Of a stretch of 64,000 nt of DNA, positions 38,850-47,822 are shown one piece after another. How positions within the stretch are numbered: position 1 is the stretch's first letter; each line of letters begins with the position of its first letter. The position numbers and the translations under genes were made by a program. The stretch is from Vicinamibacteria bacterium (GTDB lineage Bacteria; Acidobacteriota; Vicinamibacteria; Marinacidobacterales; Marinacidobacteraceae). The stretch covers positions 416,001-480,000 of the forward strand of contig CAXXLQ010000004.1 of NCBI GenBank assembly GCA_963668695.2. The letters run 5' to 3'. The notes under the pieces are model-generated. The model had not been told where the DNA came from, did not search any database, and was given only the letters and a program-made list of their open reading frames with translations.

Positions 38850-39407
38850 ATGCCCCAGCCTGCACCGCAACCACCCGGTCCCGAACCGAAACCGTCCCAG
38901 CCGCCGGTGGACTCGCCGCCCAAGCCGGCGCCAAGGAACGCCCTTTTTCACACGCTGCTGGAAGCCGGCTTCGATCCGCCGATTGCCGAGCAGCCTGTGG
39001 ACAAAGTGACGTGAGCGCCGAGGCCGGCGAGGCGCCCGGCTGACAAGGCGCGCGAGGGAGGAATACCGAGTGTATTCCGACTGAAGCGCAACGATGAGCG
39101 ACGCGCAGCGGCGCGGTTCAGCCGGGATGGATCGCCGGCCGAACGCCGCGTGACTCTGTTCACAGGTTGCTAGACTGCGGAAACGCAGATGAACGCCATG
39201 ACTTCGGAGACCGTCGCCGCACATGTGCAGCCGCTCGTCACGGAGTTGCGGCAGTTGCGCGAAAACATGGTCACGAAAGCGGACTTGGCCGGGTTCGCGA
39301 CCAAAGCGGATCTAGCTGGCCTGGAAACGCGGATGACCAAGTGGATGTTCGGGGCGCTGACGGCTCAGGCGGCGCTCATCATCGCCATCATCAAGCTGTT
39401 GCCCTGA
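38850..39407 (+). pseudogene. DUF1640-like protein interrupted by a MITE
   Basis: GGAGGAG RBS; removing 38991-39173 restores LLEAGFDPPIAE-TAETQMNAM...TKADLAGFATKADL...IIKLLP in frame. Confidence 0.75.
38991..39169. mobile_element. MITE copy D (uninterrupted, 179 bp, reverse orientation)
   Basis: TIRs CAGCCTGTGGACAAAGT / ACTCTGTTCACAGGTTG; flanks CGAG/CTAG. Confidence 0.88.
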
Positions 39408-39476
39408 GGGCCGTCGCCGGAACGGCGGGCACCGTAGGAGCAGCGCAATCGGCGCTGGTTTCGCGCTCCCGCGCGA

Positions 39477-39623
39477 TGCCGGCCGGAGGCCGGCCCAGTT
39501 CTCCCGGTGGGGGCTCCAAGCCGTCCCCGCGCTTCTGCGCGGTTGGCGATGCGCGATCTCGCTGCGCTTTGCGCAGCGGTGCTGGCCAGTTCTCCCGGTG
39601 GGGGCGTGAACACCGGCGTTCCC
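39477..39623. repeat. REP-like cluster with two 20-mer insertions
   Basis: Homologous to 14926-15057; 20-mers at 39495 and 39586. Confidence 0.65.
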
Positions 39624-39706
39624 TCTACCGCGCTGCCAAGTGGCTGAGCCGCAGCACGCGGGGATCACCAGCCTGACGGCGGGCGATCCCAGTCTGAGCT
39701 TTTCCC

Positions 39707-41785
39707 CTACTCGGGCTCTCCCATGTTCACCGGTTCGGGGTCCACGAGCTTCACCGCCCAAAGTCCCGAGTTCATGTCGGCCACGAAGATGTGGCCCTTG
39801 TAGGGCTGCGGTCCCCAGACCATCGGCGCGTTCGGGACCCGGCTTTCGGGGTCGAACGGACGGAACATCGCGATCTCGCGGCCCTGCCGGTAGAGGTCGC
39901 CCCGCAGCTCGCCGGAGATGTCCACCACCCGCAGGCCGCCGTTGTAGTAGCCGATATAGAGAACGTCGTCCTCGACCCACAGGTTGTGGGACCCGGCCTC
40001 GGGCACCTGGTAGCGGGCCACCTCGCGGGCGCTGTCCCACTCGTCCCATTCGAAGACGTGGATCCAGCCGGCGGCCCGCCCCGGGGTGCGCTCCTCGCGC
40101 ATGGTCTGGTACGGGAACGCCTCGTCCCCCCCGATCATCAGGAACTTGCCCGTGGACTTGCTCCGGTAGGGATAGGCGGCGTGGTTCCAGCCGCTCGGAT
40201 ACGGGGTGTTCCCCAGCAGCACCGGGTTGTTCGGGGCGCCGCCCTTGCCGCCGCCGCCGACGTCCACCGCCACCACGCCGTCGTTCCAGTTGGACGAATA
40301 GGCGATCCCCTCGTGGACCCACACGTCGTGGATCGAGTGGCCCGGGGTGTCCATCTCGAAACGCCCCACCCGGTAGGGGTTTTCCGGATCCTCGGCGTTC
40401 AGGATGTCGAAGCGCCGGCCCGCGGAGAGGGCGTAGATGTGCTCCTCCGCAATGAAGACGTTGTGGACCCCGCCGGTGAGCTGGTCGTCGTAGCGGGCGA
40501 TGACCTCGATCCCGTTCTGCGGGTCGCTCACGTCCAGGATCACGAGCCCGTTCTTCCGGTTCGAAGCACCCTCCCGGCTGATCACGCAGAACTTCCCGTC
40601 CTCCGAGACCTTCACGTCGTTCACGGTCCGGGCGTCCACCCGCACCATGTCGATGAGGCTGATCGCCGAGGGATCGGTGACGTCCCAGAAGTAGGCGTGC
40701 CCGTCGGCGCTGTGCGTCCCGGTCACGGCGTAGTCCCGGCCGTCAACGCCCTCCCAGACCCACAGATCCGAGGTGCGCCGGTCGCGGACGGGGCCCCGCC
40801 CCACGATCTCGACATCCTTCCGCACCTTCCGCGCCACCACCGCCACCGTCGCGCTTGCCGACTCGGTGAAGCCGTCGGCGATCACGGTGTGGGTGCCCGA
40901 ACGCTCCGCCACGAAGGCGCCCGCCTCGTCCACCTGGCCGATGGCGCCCGGCGCCACGATGCCGTCCGTCGGGACCCCGAAGGTCGCGAACTGCACCGGG
41001 TAATCCGGCACCTCGTTTCCGGAAGCGTCCATCACTCTCGCCTCCAAAAACACCACGTCCCCGGTCCGCACCGCGTCATCCGGCGCCCCGCTGAGGGTGA
41101 TCGAGGCCACCGGGTTGGCGAGCACCTCGATCGCGGCGTCGCTCGACGCCTCCTCGGCGGAGACGGTGAGGGTCGTTCGGCCGGCGCCCATCAGGGTGAG
41201 CACCCCGAGGGAATCCACGCTCGCCACCGACGAATCGGCGGTCGTCCAGCCCACTTCCACGTCGTTCCGGACGGCGCCCGAGATGTCGGTGACCACCGGG
41301 CGGAGCCCGATCTCGGTCCCCGTGTAGAGGTGGCCCGGCATGTTGGCTACCTCGACCGTAGCCACCGGAGGGTTGGGGATGGTTACCGGGATCTCCACCG
41401 TGACCGCGGGCTCGGCGCGCCGGTGGGTGTCCTCCGGATCCTTCGGCACCATGGCGATCAGGACGTGCTCGCCGGGCTGGTAGGCCTCGACCACCCCCGC
41501 GGGGTTCACGCCCACCGACCGGCGGCGGCGCGAGAAGAAGACCACCGCGCGATCCATCGGGTTGCCTTCGCTGTCCCGGACCTCGGATTGGAGCGTCAGC
41601 GAGTCGCCGACCTCGAGCTCGACCTCGGACGGCGTGATGATGAGTTCAGCGGGCTGCGGGCCAACCTCGGTTTCTCCTCCTTCGGCTTCTTCTTCTTCCT
41701 GGGCAAGCGCGAATCCGGGCGCCACCAGAGCACAAAGAAGGACGGCGGACAGCCGCAGCCACGGGTTCGAATTCCTGAGAGTCAT
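39707..41785 (-). CDS. secreted Ig-like + LVIVD-like beta-propeller protein, copy 3
   Basis: GAGGAGAGG RBS, signal peptide, same motifs as copies 1 and 2. Confidence 0.87.
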   Translation of the reverse strand: MTLRNSNPWLRLSAVLLCALVAPGFALAQEEEEAEGGETEVGPQPAELIITPSEVELEVGDSLTLQSEVRDSEGNPMDRAVVFFSRRRRSVGVNPAGVVEAYQPGEHVLIAMVPKDPEDTHRRAEPAVTVEIPVTIPNPPVATVEVANMPGHLYTGTEIGLRPVVTDISGAVRNDVEVGWTTADSSVASVDSLGVLTLMGAGRTTLTVSAEEASSDAAIEVLANPVASITLSGAPDDAVRTGDVVFLEARVMDASGNEVPDYPVQFATFGVPTDGIVAPGAIGQVDEAGAFVAERSGTHTVIADGFTESASATVAVVARKVRKDVEIVGRGPVRDRRTSDLWVWEGVDGRDYAVTGTHSADGHAYFWDVTDPSAISLIDMVRVDARTVNDVKVSEDGKFCVISREGASNRKNGLVILDVSDPQNGIEVIARYDDQLTGGVHNVFIAEEHIYALSAGRRFDILNAEDPENPYRVGRFEMDTPGHSIHDVWVHEGIAYSSNWNDGVVAVDVGGGGKGGAPNNPVLLGNTPYPSGWNHAAYPYRSKSTGKFLMIGGDEAFPYQTMREERTPGRAAGWIHVFEWDEWDSAREVARYQVPEAGSHNLWVEDDVLYIGYYNGGLRVVDISGELRGDLYRQGREIAMFRPFDPESRVPNAPMVWGPQPYKGHIFVADMNSGLWAVKLVDPEPVNMGEPE

Positions 41786-41811
41786 TGTTTCCTCTCCTCC
41801 TCAGCGAGACC

Positions 41812-42945
41812 TTACGGCTCGCCCTTCCAGTAGATGATGCCGCCGGCCTGTTTGCCGACGTCGATCTGGGAGACGCGCTGAGCAGCTCCGATGTCGTAGA
41901 CCTCCACGGTTCCCGGTTCGCCCCCGACCCCTTCCAGGGTCACGATGGCGTAGCGGTCGTCGTCGGACACCACCACCCCGTGGGGAATCCGCCGCGAGGT
42001 CTCGGGCGCGGCGATCAACTCGCCGCTGATGAGATCCCAGAAGCCGACCTTCTTGCCGGACTTGTAGGTGGCGATCAGCACCGAGCCGTCGGAGGTGATC
42101 GCGAGGTTGTAGGGGTTCTGGCCGGGGCCGGCGTCGAACCGGCGGGAGACCTTCCACTCTTCGAGGTCCACCTCGTAGATGGCGCTGTCGCCGTTCCCTG
42201 CCACGTACACCTTCCCGGCGGGGGAGGGGCTGGTGGCCCAGGTCGGCTTGACCACCGGCATCCGCATGCCGTCCATGTCGGACATGTCGCCCTGGTTCAT
42301 GCCAGCGTGTCCGGCATGCGGGTCGGTCCCGAGAGAGAGACGCCGGGAGATCTCGAAGCGCATCGTGTCCACTTCGACAAGCTCGTCGTCCATCATGTTC
42401 ACGGAGTAGAGCCGGTCGCCCTTCGCGTTCATCCGCGCTCCGTGCGGCATGACCCCGGTGTCGATGGTGGCCACTTCGATCATGGTCCCCGTCTCGACCA
42501 CCGAGATGGTGCCCGGGACCATGTCGCCATGGAGGTTGAAGTTGACGATGTAGAGCAGCCCGGTGCTCGGCGAGATGTCCATGGTCGCCGGGAACATCCC
42601 GAGAGTGGCGTCTCCGACCCATTCGTTGGTTCCGGTCTCGTACTTGTGCACCGCACCGAAGGGCATCCCGTGGGCGATGGACAAGAACCAGTAGCGCCCG
42701 TCGGGCGAGACGTTGATCCCGTGCGGACCCTCGGTTTCCGTCGGAAAGCTGCCGACCGCAATCTCGTCCATCTCCTCGAGCCCGCCGGGGCCGTAGCGGA
42801 GCAGATGCACGGTGTCATCCGACTCCGCGCACACATAGACGAAGTAGTTGCGCTTCGGCGGCTCCAGATCCTCGCCGGCGCTCAGGAGCGGCGCGAAGCC
42901 GAGAGCGAACAGCAGGAAGGAAGTCGCGAGGCGACGGGAAGACAT
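41812..42945 (-). CDS. YncE/YVTN-like beta-propeller protein with a His/Met-rich loop
   Basis: Signal peptide, EGPHGINVSPDG, MPHG, PHAGHAGMNQGDMSDMDGMRMP, IPHGVVVS; TGATG coupling to copy 4. Confidence 0.82.
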   Translation of the reverse strand: MSSRRLATSFLLFALGFAPLLSAGEDLEPPKRNYFVYVCAESDDTVHLLRYGPGGLEEMDEIAVGSFPTETEGPHGINVSPDGRYWFLSIAHGMPFGAVHKYETGTNEWVGDATLGMFPATMDISPSTGLLYIVNFNLHGDMVPGTISVVETGTMIEVATIDTGVMPHGARMNAKGDRLYSVNMMDDELVEVDTMRFEISRRLSLGTDPHAGHAGMNQGDMSDMDGMRMPVVKPTWATSPSPAGKVYVAGNGDSAIYEVDLEEWKVSRRFDAGPGQNPYNLAITSDGSVLIATYKSGKKVGFWDLISGELIAAPETSRRIPHGVVVSDDDRYAIVTLEGVGGEPGTVEVYDIGAAQRVSQIDVGKQAGGIIYWKGEP

Positions 42946-45017
42946 CAGTTGGGTTCTCCCATGTTGCGCGGAGTCTCCGGGTCGACGAGCTTTACCGCCC
43001 ACAGCCCCGAGTTGAAGTCGGTGAAGAAGATGGTGTCCTTGAAGGGCTGGGGACCCCAGGTGAAGGGAGCGTTTCGTTTGTAGCCGTCGGGATCGGTCGG
43101 CTCGAAGAAGGCGATCTCCCGGCCCTGCTGATACAGGTCGCCGCGCAGGTCGCCCGAAACGTCCACCACCCGGAGGCCACCGTTGTAGTAACCGACGTAG
43201 AGGACGTCGTCCTCCACCCAGAGGTTGTGGCTGCCGGCCTCGGGCACCTGGTAGCGGGCCACTTCCCGGCCTTCCCCACCGTTCTCATCCCACTCGGCGA
43301 TATGGATCCAGCCGGCGGCCCGGTCGGGAAGCTTCCCGTCGGGGTCGAAGCTCCAGGGGAAGCTTTCGTCCCCGGCGAACACCAGCAGCTTGCCGGTGGA
43401 CTCGCTCCGGTAGGGGAAGCCCGCGTGGTTCCAGCCGTTCGGGTACTTGAAGCTCCCCATCATCACCGGGTTGTTGGGGGCGCCGCCCTGGCCGCCGCCG
43501 CCGATGTCCACCGCGACCACTCCGTCGGTCCAGTTCGAGGACCAGGCGATGCCGTCCTGCACCCAGACGTCGTGGATGCCGTGACCCGGGGTGTCCATCT
43601 CGAAACGTCCGACCCGGTAGGGGTTCGTCGGATCCTCGGCGTTCAGGATGTCGTAGCGGCGCCCGGCGGAAAGCGCCAGGATGTGGTTCTCAGCCACGAA
43701 CACGTTGTGGACGCCCCCGCTCAACTGATCGTCGTAGCGCGCGATGATCTTCACCCCGTTCGTGGGGTTTTCGACATTGAGCACGACCAGCCCGTTCTTC
43801 CGGTTCGAGGCTCCCTCGCGGCTGAGGACCGCGAACTTCCCGTCGGGCGAGACCTTGACGTCGTTGACCGTGCGGGCGTCCACCCGCACGGTGTCCACCA
43901 GATGGATGCTGGACGGATCGGTCACGTCCCAGAAGTAGGCGTGCCCGTCGGCTCCCCAGGTTCCGGTGATCGCGTAATCCCGGCCGTCAACGCCTTCCCA
44001 GACCCACAGGTCCGAGGTGTGGCGGTCACGGACCGGCCCCCGGCCCACGACTTCCCAGTCCTTCTTCACGTTCCGGGCGGTGGCGCGGATCGTCTCCCGC
44101 GCGGTGAAGGATCCTCCGGAGACCACCACCGTGTGGAGCCCCGGACGCTCGGCCACGAAGGCGCCGTCCGGCTCCACGAAGGCGGCCGCACCCGGCGCCA
44201 CCAGGGTGTCGGGCGTGCGAGTGGAAACCGCGTACTGCAGGGGATAGTCCGGGACTTCGTTGCCGCTCGCGTCGAGGGCGCGGGCGCTGAACCAGACCAC
44301 GTCGCCGGTCCGCACTTCCCCTTCGCTCGCGGAGACGTCGAGACGAACCGCCGGGTTGGCGCTCACCGAGATCGCCGCCTCGCCGCTCACCGATTCGGCG
44401 CTCGCCGAGATCGTCGCGGAGCCTTCGCCCAGCAGCATGAGCACTCCGTGCTCGCTGACGGTCGCCACCGAAGCGTCGCTCGAGGACCACCCGAAGTCGG
44501 GCTTGCGCTCAGCGCCGGAAGTGTCCTGGGCGAGAGCGCTGACCCGGAGCGAAGTGCCGGCGTAGAGGCTTGCCGGGAGCGCCGCGATCTCGACGCTCGC
44601 GAGGGGCGGCCACGGCACCCGCACCGCGATCTCGACCATGAGCGCCGGCTCGGCGCGCCGGTCCATGGCGTCCGGGTCCGCCGGCACCATCGCGATGAGG
44701 GTCTGGTCCCCCGGCCGGTGGGCTTCCACCATCCCCGCGGGGTTCACTCCCACGAACCGCCGGGCGCGGGAGAAAAAGACGACGCCGCGCTCGAGCGTGT
44801 TTCCGTCGGCATCCTTGACGGTGGCGGTGAGCTGGGCGGTCTTCCCGACCTCAAGGGTCAGTTCCGGCGGATCCACAACGAGCTCCGCAGGGACGAGCTC
44901 CGCAGGTTCCTGCGCCGTGGCGGACCCGGCGAGCAAAACCCCGGCGCACATCAGCGCACCAAAGAACAAGAGCCGGTCAGAAAGCCTGCCGGCGGAGAAA
45001 CGAATCGTCTTTACCAT
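42945..45017 (-). CDS. secreted Ig-like + LVIVD-like beta-propeller protein, copy 4 (most diverged)
   Basis: Same domain order and motifs; start MVKTIRF. Confidence 0.85.
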   Translation of the reverse strand: MVKTIRFSAGRLSDRLLFFGALMCAGVLLAGSATAQEPAELVPAELVVDPPELTLEVGKTAQLTATVKDADGNTLERGVVFFSRARRFVGVNPAGMVEAHRPGDQTLIAMVPADPDAMDRRAEPALMVEIAVRVPWPPLASVEIAALPASLYAGTSLRVSALAQDTSGAERKPDFGWSSSDASVATVSEHGVLMLLGEGSATISASAESVSGEAAISVSANPAVRLDVSASEGEVRTGDVVWFSARALDASGNEVPDYPLQYAVSTRTPDTLVAPGAAAFVEPDGAFVAERPGLHTVVVSGGSFTARETIRATARNVKKDWEVVGRGPVRDRHTSDLWVWEGVDGRDYAITGTWGADGHAYFWDVTDPSSIHLVDTVRVDARTVNDVKVSPDGKFAVLSREGASNRKNGLVVLNVENPTNGVKIIARYDDQLSGGVHNVFVAENHILALSAGRRYDILNAEDPTNPYRVGRFEMDTPGHGIHDVWVQDGIAWSSNWTDGVVAVDIGGGGQGGAPNNPVMMGSFKYPNGWNHAGFPYRSESTGKLLVFAGDESFPWSFDPDGKLPDRAAGWIHIAEWDENGGEGREVARYQVPEAGSHNLWVEDDVLYVGYYNGGLRVVDVSGDLRGDLYQQGREIAFFEPTDPDGYKRNAPFTWGPQPFKDTIFFTDFNSGLWAVKLVDPETPRNMGEPN

Positions 45018-45107
45018 GGCCGTAGGGGATCCTCCTGCTGCTGCCCCGATGGGCAACAGGCGATTGTAGTCGCCTGCGCCGCGCGGCTCCCAAAACCGGC
45101 ATGTTGA

Positions 45108-45204
45108 GGGGAGCGCCGAGCTCCGATCGGCGCCGCGTCCCGCAGGTGAGGGAACGCCGGCCTTCAGACCGGCACCGCCCCCGCAGGGGGCGAAACTCCC
45201 ATCG
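45108..45204. repeat. REP-like hairpin cluster
   Basis: GGGAGCGCCGAGCTCCGATCGGCGCC and GGGAACGCCGGCCTTCAGACCGGCA ... GAAACTCCCATCG. Confidence 0.7.
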
Positions 45205-45306
45205 CTGCTCCCCGCAGAACTACTGAACGGCGGAACCGACCCGGGTCTACGCGACCCTCGCTCCGCCCTCGACCCGCACATATGGCGGGGCGACCTGGTT
45301 ACCGCT

Positions 45307-47022
45307 TCAGACGCTGCCGGGCGGGGCGGCGGCATAGGCGTCTGCGATCAAGTTCAACTTCTCGCTGATTTCGGAATCGAGATCCGCGTCCGGGATGTAT
45401 AGGACCAACTCGTGGAATCTCCGCTTCGGCATCCGATCTGATTGCCCGAGTGACCGAAAGAACCGCTCGAACACCGGTTCGAGAAAGTCTTCGCTGGCCT
45501 TCGCGTCCTCCGGCGCGAGTCCGGGGCGCAAAACGGAGGCGGCTGTCCGAACCTCCAGAATTGCCTTCTTCATGGCTTCGTGACGGCGCTTTCGGGTGCT
45601 CTCGGTGAAGAGAGTCGGGGGTCCCGGAGGCGGTGCCTCGGCCCAAGCCAACAGGGTCTCCTCGGACGAGAGATAGTTTTCTATCTCCCGACGCCTCCAG
45701 GTAGTCGCGGGGACGCCGTGCATGTTAGGAAGCCCGTGTTCAAGGCGATCGAAGATCGCGCAAGCGCGAAGCTCCGGGTGCGCCTCTCGCAGGCCATAGT
45801 AATGCTCAAGGGCTTTGGTGGGGCGATTGCCGACGGCTCGGACAAAAGACTTGTCCAGAGCCTGCAACGCCCGCTGGTGATCTAGGCGTTTCGCGAAAGC
45901 TCGAAACACCGGAAGATCGGTGGTCCCCTCGACATACACGACGCAACCGGCCTGCCGCGCACGCTCGTAGTCGCCATACCCGATATCGCGGAGCGCCTTC
46001 ATCACCTGGCTTGTGTTTTCGATACGGTGCGGCGAACCCACAAAAGCCACGATTGCATCGCGTCCGGCTGCCTCCTGAAGCAGCACCTCCGAATGGCTCG
46101 CGGCGATGATCTGACTGCCGCTTCGCTCGGCGGTGCCGATCAACAGCTCGTAGATCCCACGCTGTCGAACGACCTCGAGATGAGCGTCCGGCTCGTCGAG
46201 AATCAGCACCGCTCCGGGATTGAGCGCCAAGTGGGCGAGCAGAAGGGTCGTCTGTTGCAGTCCGCGACCAGCGGAGGTGATATCGAATCGAACACCGCCT
46301 TCTCGGTAAGACATGGCGATCTCGCCCCGCTCGGGGAGATGGTGCGGCGGATCGAGGCGCGCACCAAAAGACTCTTCGATGTCGGTAACCAGGTGCGACC
46401 ACTCTTCCGGGCGTTCTTGATGGACAAGCAGACACAGATTGCGCAAGACCTCAGCGGTCCGGCCCTCTCCGAGTCGGACCTGGACCCCGCCGGGTTCGAG
46501 TCGCAGCTCGCTGGTTGCTAGCCCTGACATCGGCGGGAGATAGGCAAGCCGCACGGCGCCCACCGCCTCCGGGATGGGCATCCGACCCCCACCTTCCACC
46601 CGGAGAGGCCGGCAGTGGAAGGTCTCCTCGTTCGCAAAATCGAACTCCAGCCCGGCGGTCCAAGCCTTTCCACTGTCTCGGCCTTCGACCACGATCTCGA
46701 TGCGGATGTTCTCCGTGCGCTGCTTCCCGTCCACCCGACGAATGTTGCGGACTCTCAAGTTTCGCCAGAGGTGCTTCGCGTCCGGTGCCGGGGAGGTCAC
46801 CAGATCGCGGTGGCTGATCGCGACCCCGGGACGTTTCTCAGGCGCCCCCTTCCCCTGCCGCTTCTCCCGCCAGCGACGGATCCCTAGATCCCATAGCGCG
46901 AGGGCCTGCAAAGCGGTGGTCTTGCCCGAGTTGTTGGGTCCGATGAAGAGCACGGGACTGTCGAGATCAATGACGACCTCTTCGAACCGCTTGAAATTGC
47001 TTACGGTGAGGCGGGTGAGCAT
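45307..47022 (-). CDS. ABC-type ATPase (AAA_15/21) fused to a TOPRIM-like domain (OLD/PARIS-like)
   Basis: NFKRF, GPNNSGKTT, SAGRG, LILDEPDAHL, ASHS, VYVEGTTD, IFD, RREIENY. Confidence 0.8.
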   Translation of the reverse strand: MLTRLTVSNFKRFEEVVIDLDSPVLFIGPNNSGKTTALQALALWDLGIRRWREKRQGKGAPEKRPGVAISHRDLVTSPAPDAKHLWRNLRVRNIRRVDGKQRTENIRIEIVVEGRDSGKAWTAGLEFDFANEETFHCRPLRVEGGGRMPIPEAVGAVRLAYLPPMSGLATSELRLEPGGVQVRLGEGRTAEVLRNLCLLVHQERPEEWSHLVTDIEESFGARLDPPHHLPERGEIAMSYREGGVRFDITSAGRGLQQTTLLLAHLALNPGAVLILDEPDAHLEVVRQRGIYELLIGTAERSGSQIIAASHSEVLLQEAAGRDAIVAFVGSPHRIENTSQVMKALRDIGYGDYERARQAGCVVYVEGTTDLPVFRAFAKRLDHQRALQALDKSFVRAVGNRPTKALEHYYGLREAHPELRACAIFDRLEHGLPNMHGVPATTWRRREIENYLSSEETLLAWAEAPPPGPPTLFTESTRKRRHEAMKKAILEVRTAASVLRPGLAPEDAKASEDFLEPVFERFFRSLGQSDRMPKRRFHELVLYIPDADLDSEISEKLNLIADAYAAAPPGSV

Positions 47023-47349
47023 GGAGCGCGTCCGGGCGAGTTGGGATTATCGCCTCTGCTCCGGTTCCGCGGCGCGCCTATGCGGCGCCGGCCCCCCGGT
47101 AGCGCTTCCGGATTTCGGTGAGCCGGACAGAGCCCGAAGCGTCACCCGAAAGCCAATCAGGACAAGAGCCACGTCGCCGCCGCGGACCACTGAGTCGATG
47201 TGATTCGAGGTGTGAGGAAGCGAGGTCCACCAGTTGAACCAACTTCGCCAAGAGCCACTTCGATGTGCCCGCCAACACGTCGTCACGGGACCCGCTACGA
47301 GCCCGAAGCACCACATTTTCCGGTGCTGTCGCGCCTCCAGCTGGCATAA

Positions 47350-47547
47350 CAGCCTGTGGCAAAACCCACGCGGCGTTCGACCGGCGATGCATCCCGGCTG
47401 AACCGCGCCGCTTCGCGGCGCTCTGCGTTGCGTTTCGGTCGAAATACACCGGGTATTCCTCCCTCACGCGCCTTGTCAGCCGGGCGCCTCGCCCCCACCG
47501 GGAGAACTGGCCAGCCTCGGCGCTCACGTGGGTTTCACCACAGGCTG
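47350..47547. mobile_element. MITE copy E (core plus one 20-mer)
   Basis: TIRs; flanks ATAA/TTAA; 198 bp. Confidence 0.88.
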
Positions 47548-47551
47548 TTAA

Positions 47552-47772
47552 CAGCCTGTGGTGAAACCCGGAAGGCATCCATTCGCGGCGCGCAGCGCCG
47601 CGGGGGTGGGGTGTGGGGAGGGGTTTCCCCTCCCCACGAAAGACGATGGTGCGAATCGCGCAGCGATTCGCACCATCAACCCGTGGGGAAAGCGCCCCGC
47701 ACGCACACAAACCGACGGATTCGCCGCGCGCGACCTCCTGGGGCTCGTGCGGGGTGCTTTCACCACGGGCTG
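47552..47772. mobile_element. MITE variant F (same TIRs, unrelated hairpin-rich interior), tandem to copy E
   Basis: CAGCCTGTGGTGAAA / TTTCACCACGGGCTG; TTAA on both sides. Confidence 0.8.
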
Positions 47773-47822
47773 TTAACGGTGGGTTTTCTGCGGCTCGATG
47801 CCAGCACCATCAAAGTAGCCTC

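Noticed and set aside
33983-45017. Diversity-generating retroelement acting on the paralogues
   Set aside because: No reverse transcriptase, and the differences are not adenine-specific.
47047-47345. Possible ORF or ncRNA upstream of the ATPase/TOPRIM gene
   Set aside because: No recognisable motif, RBS or convincing structure.
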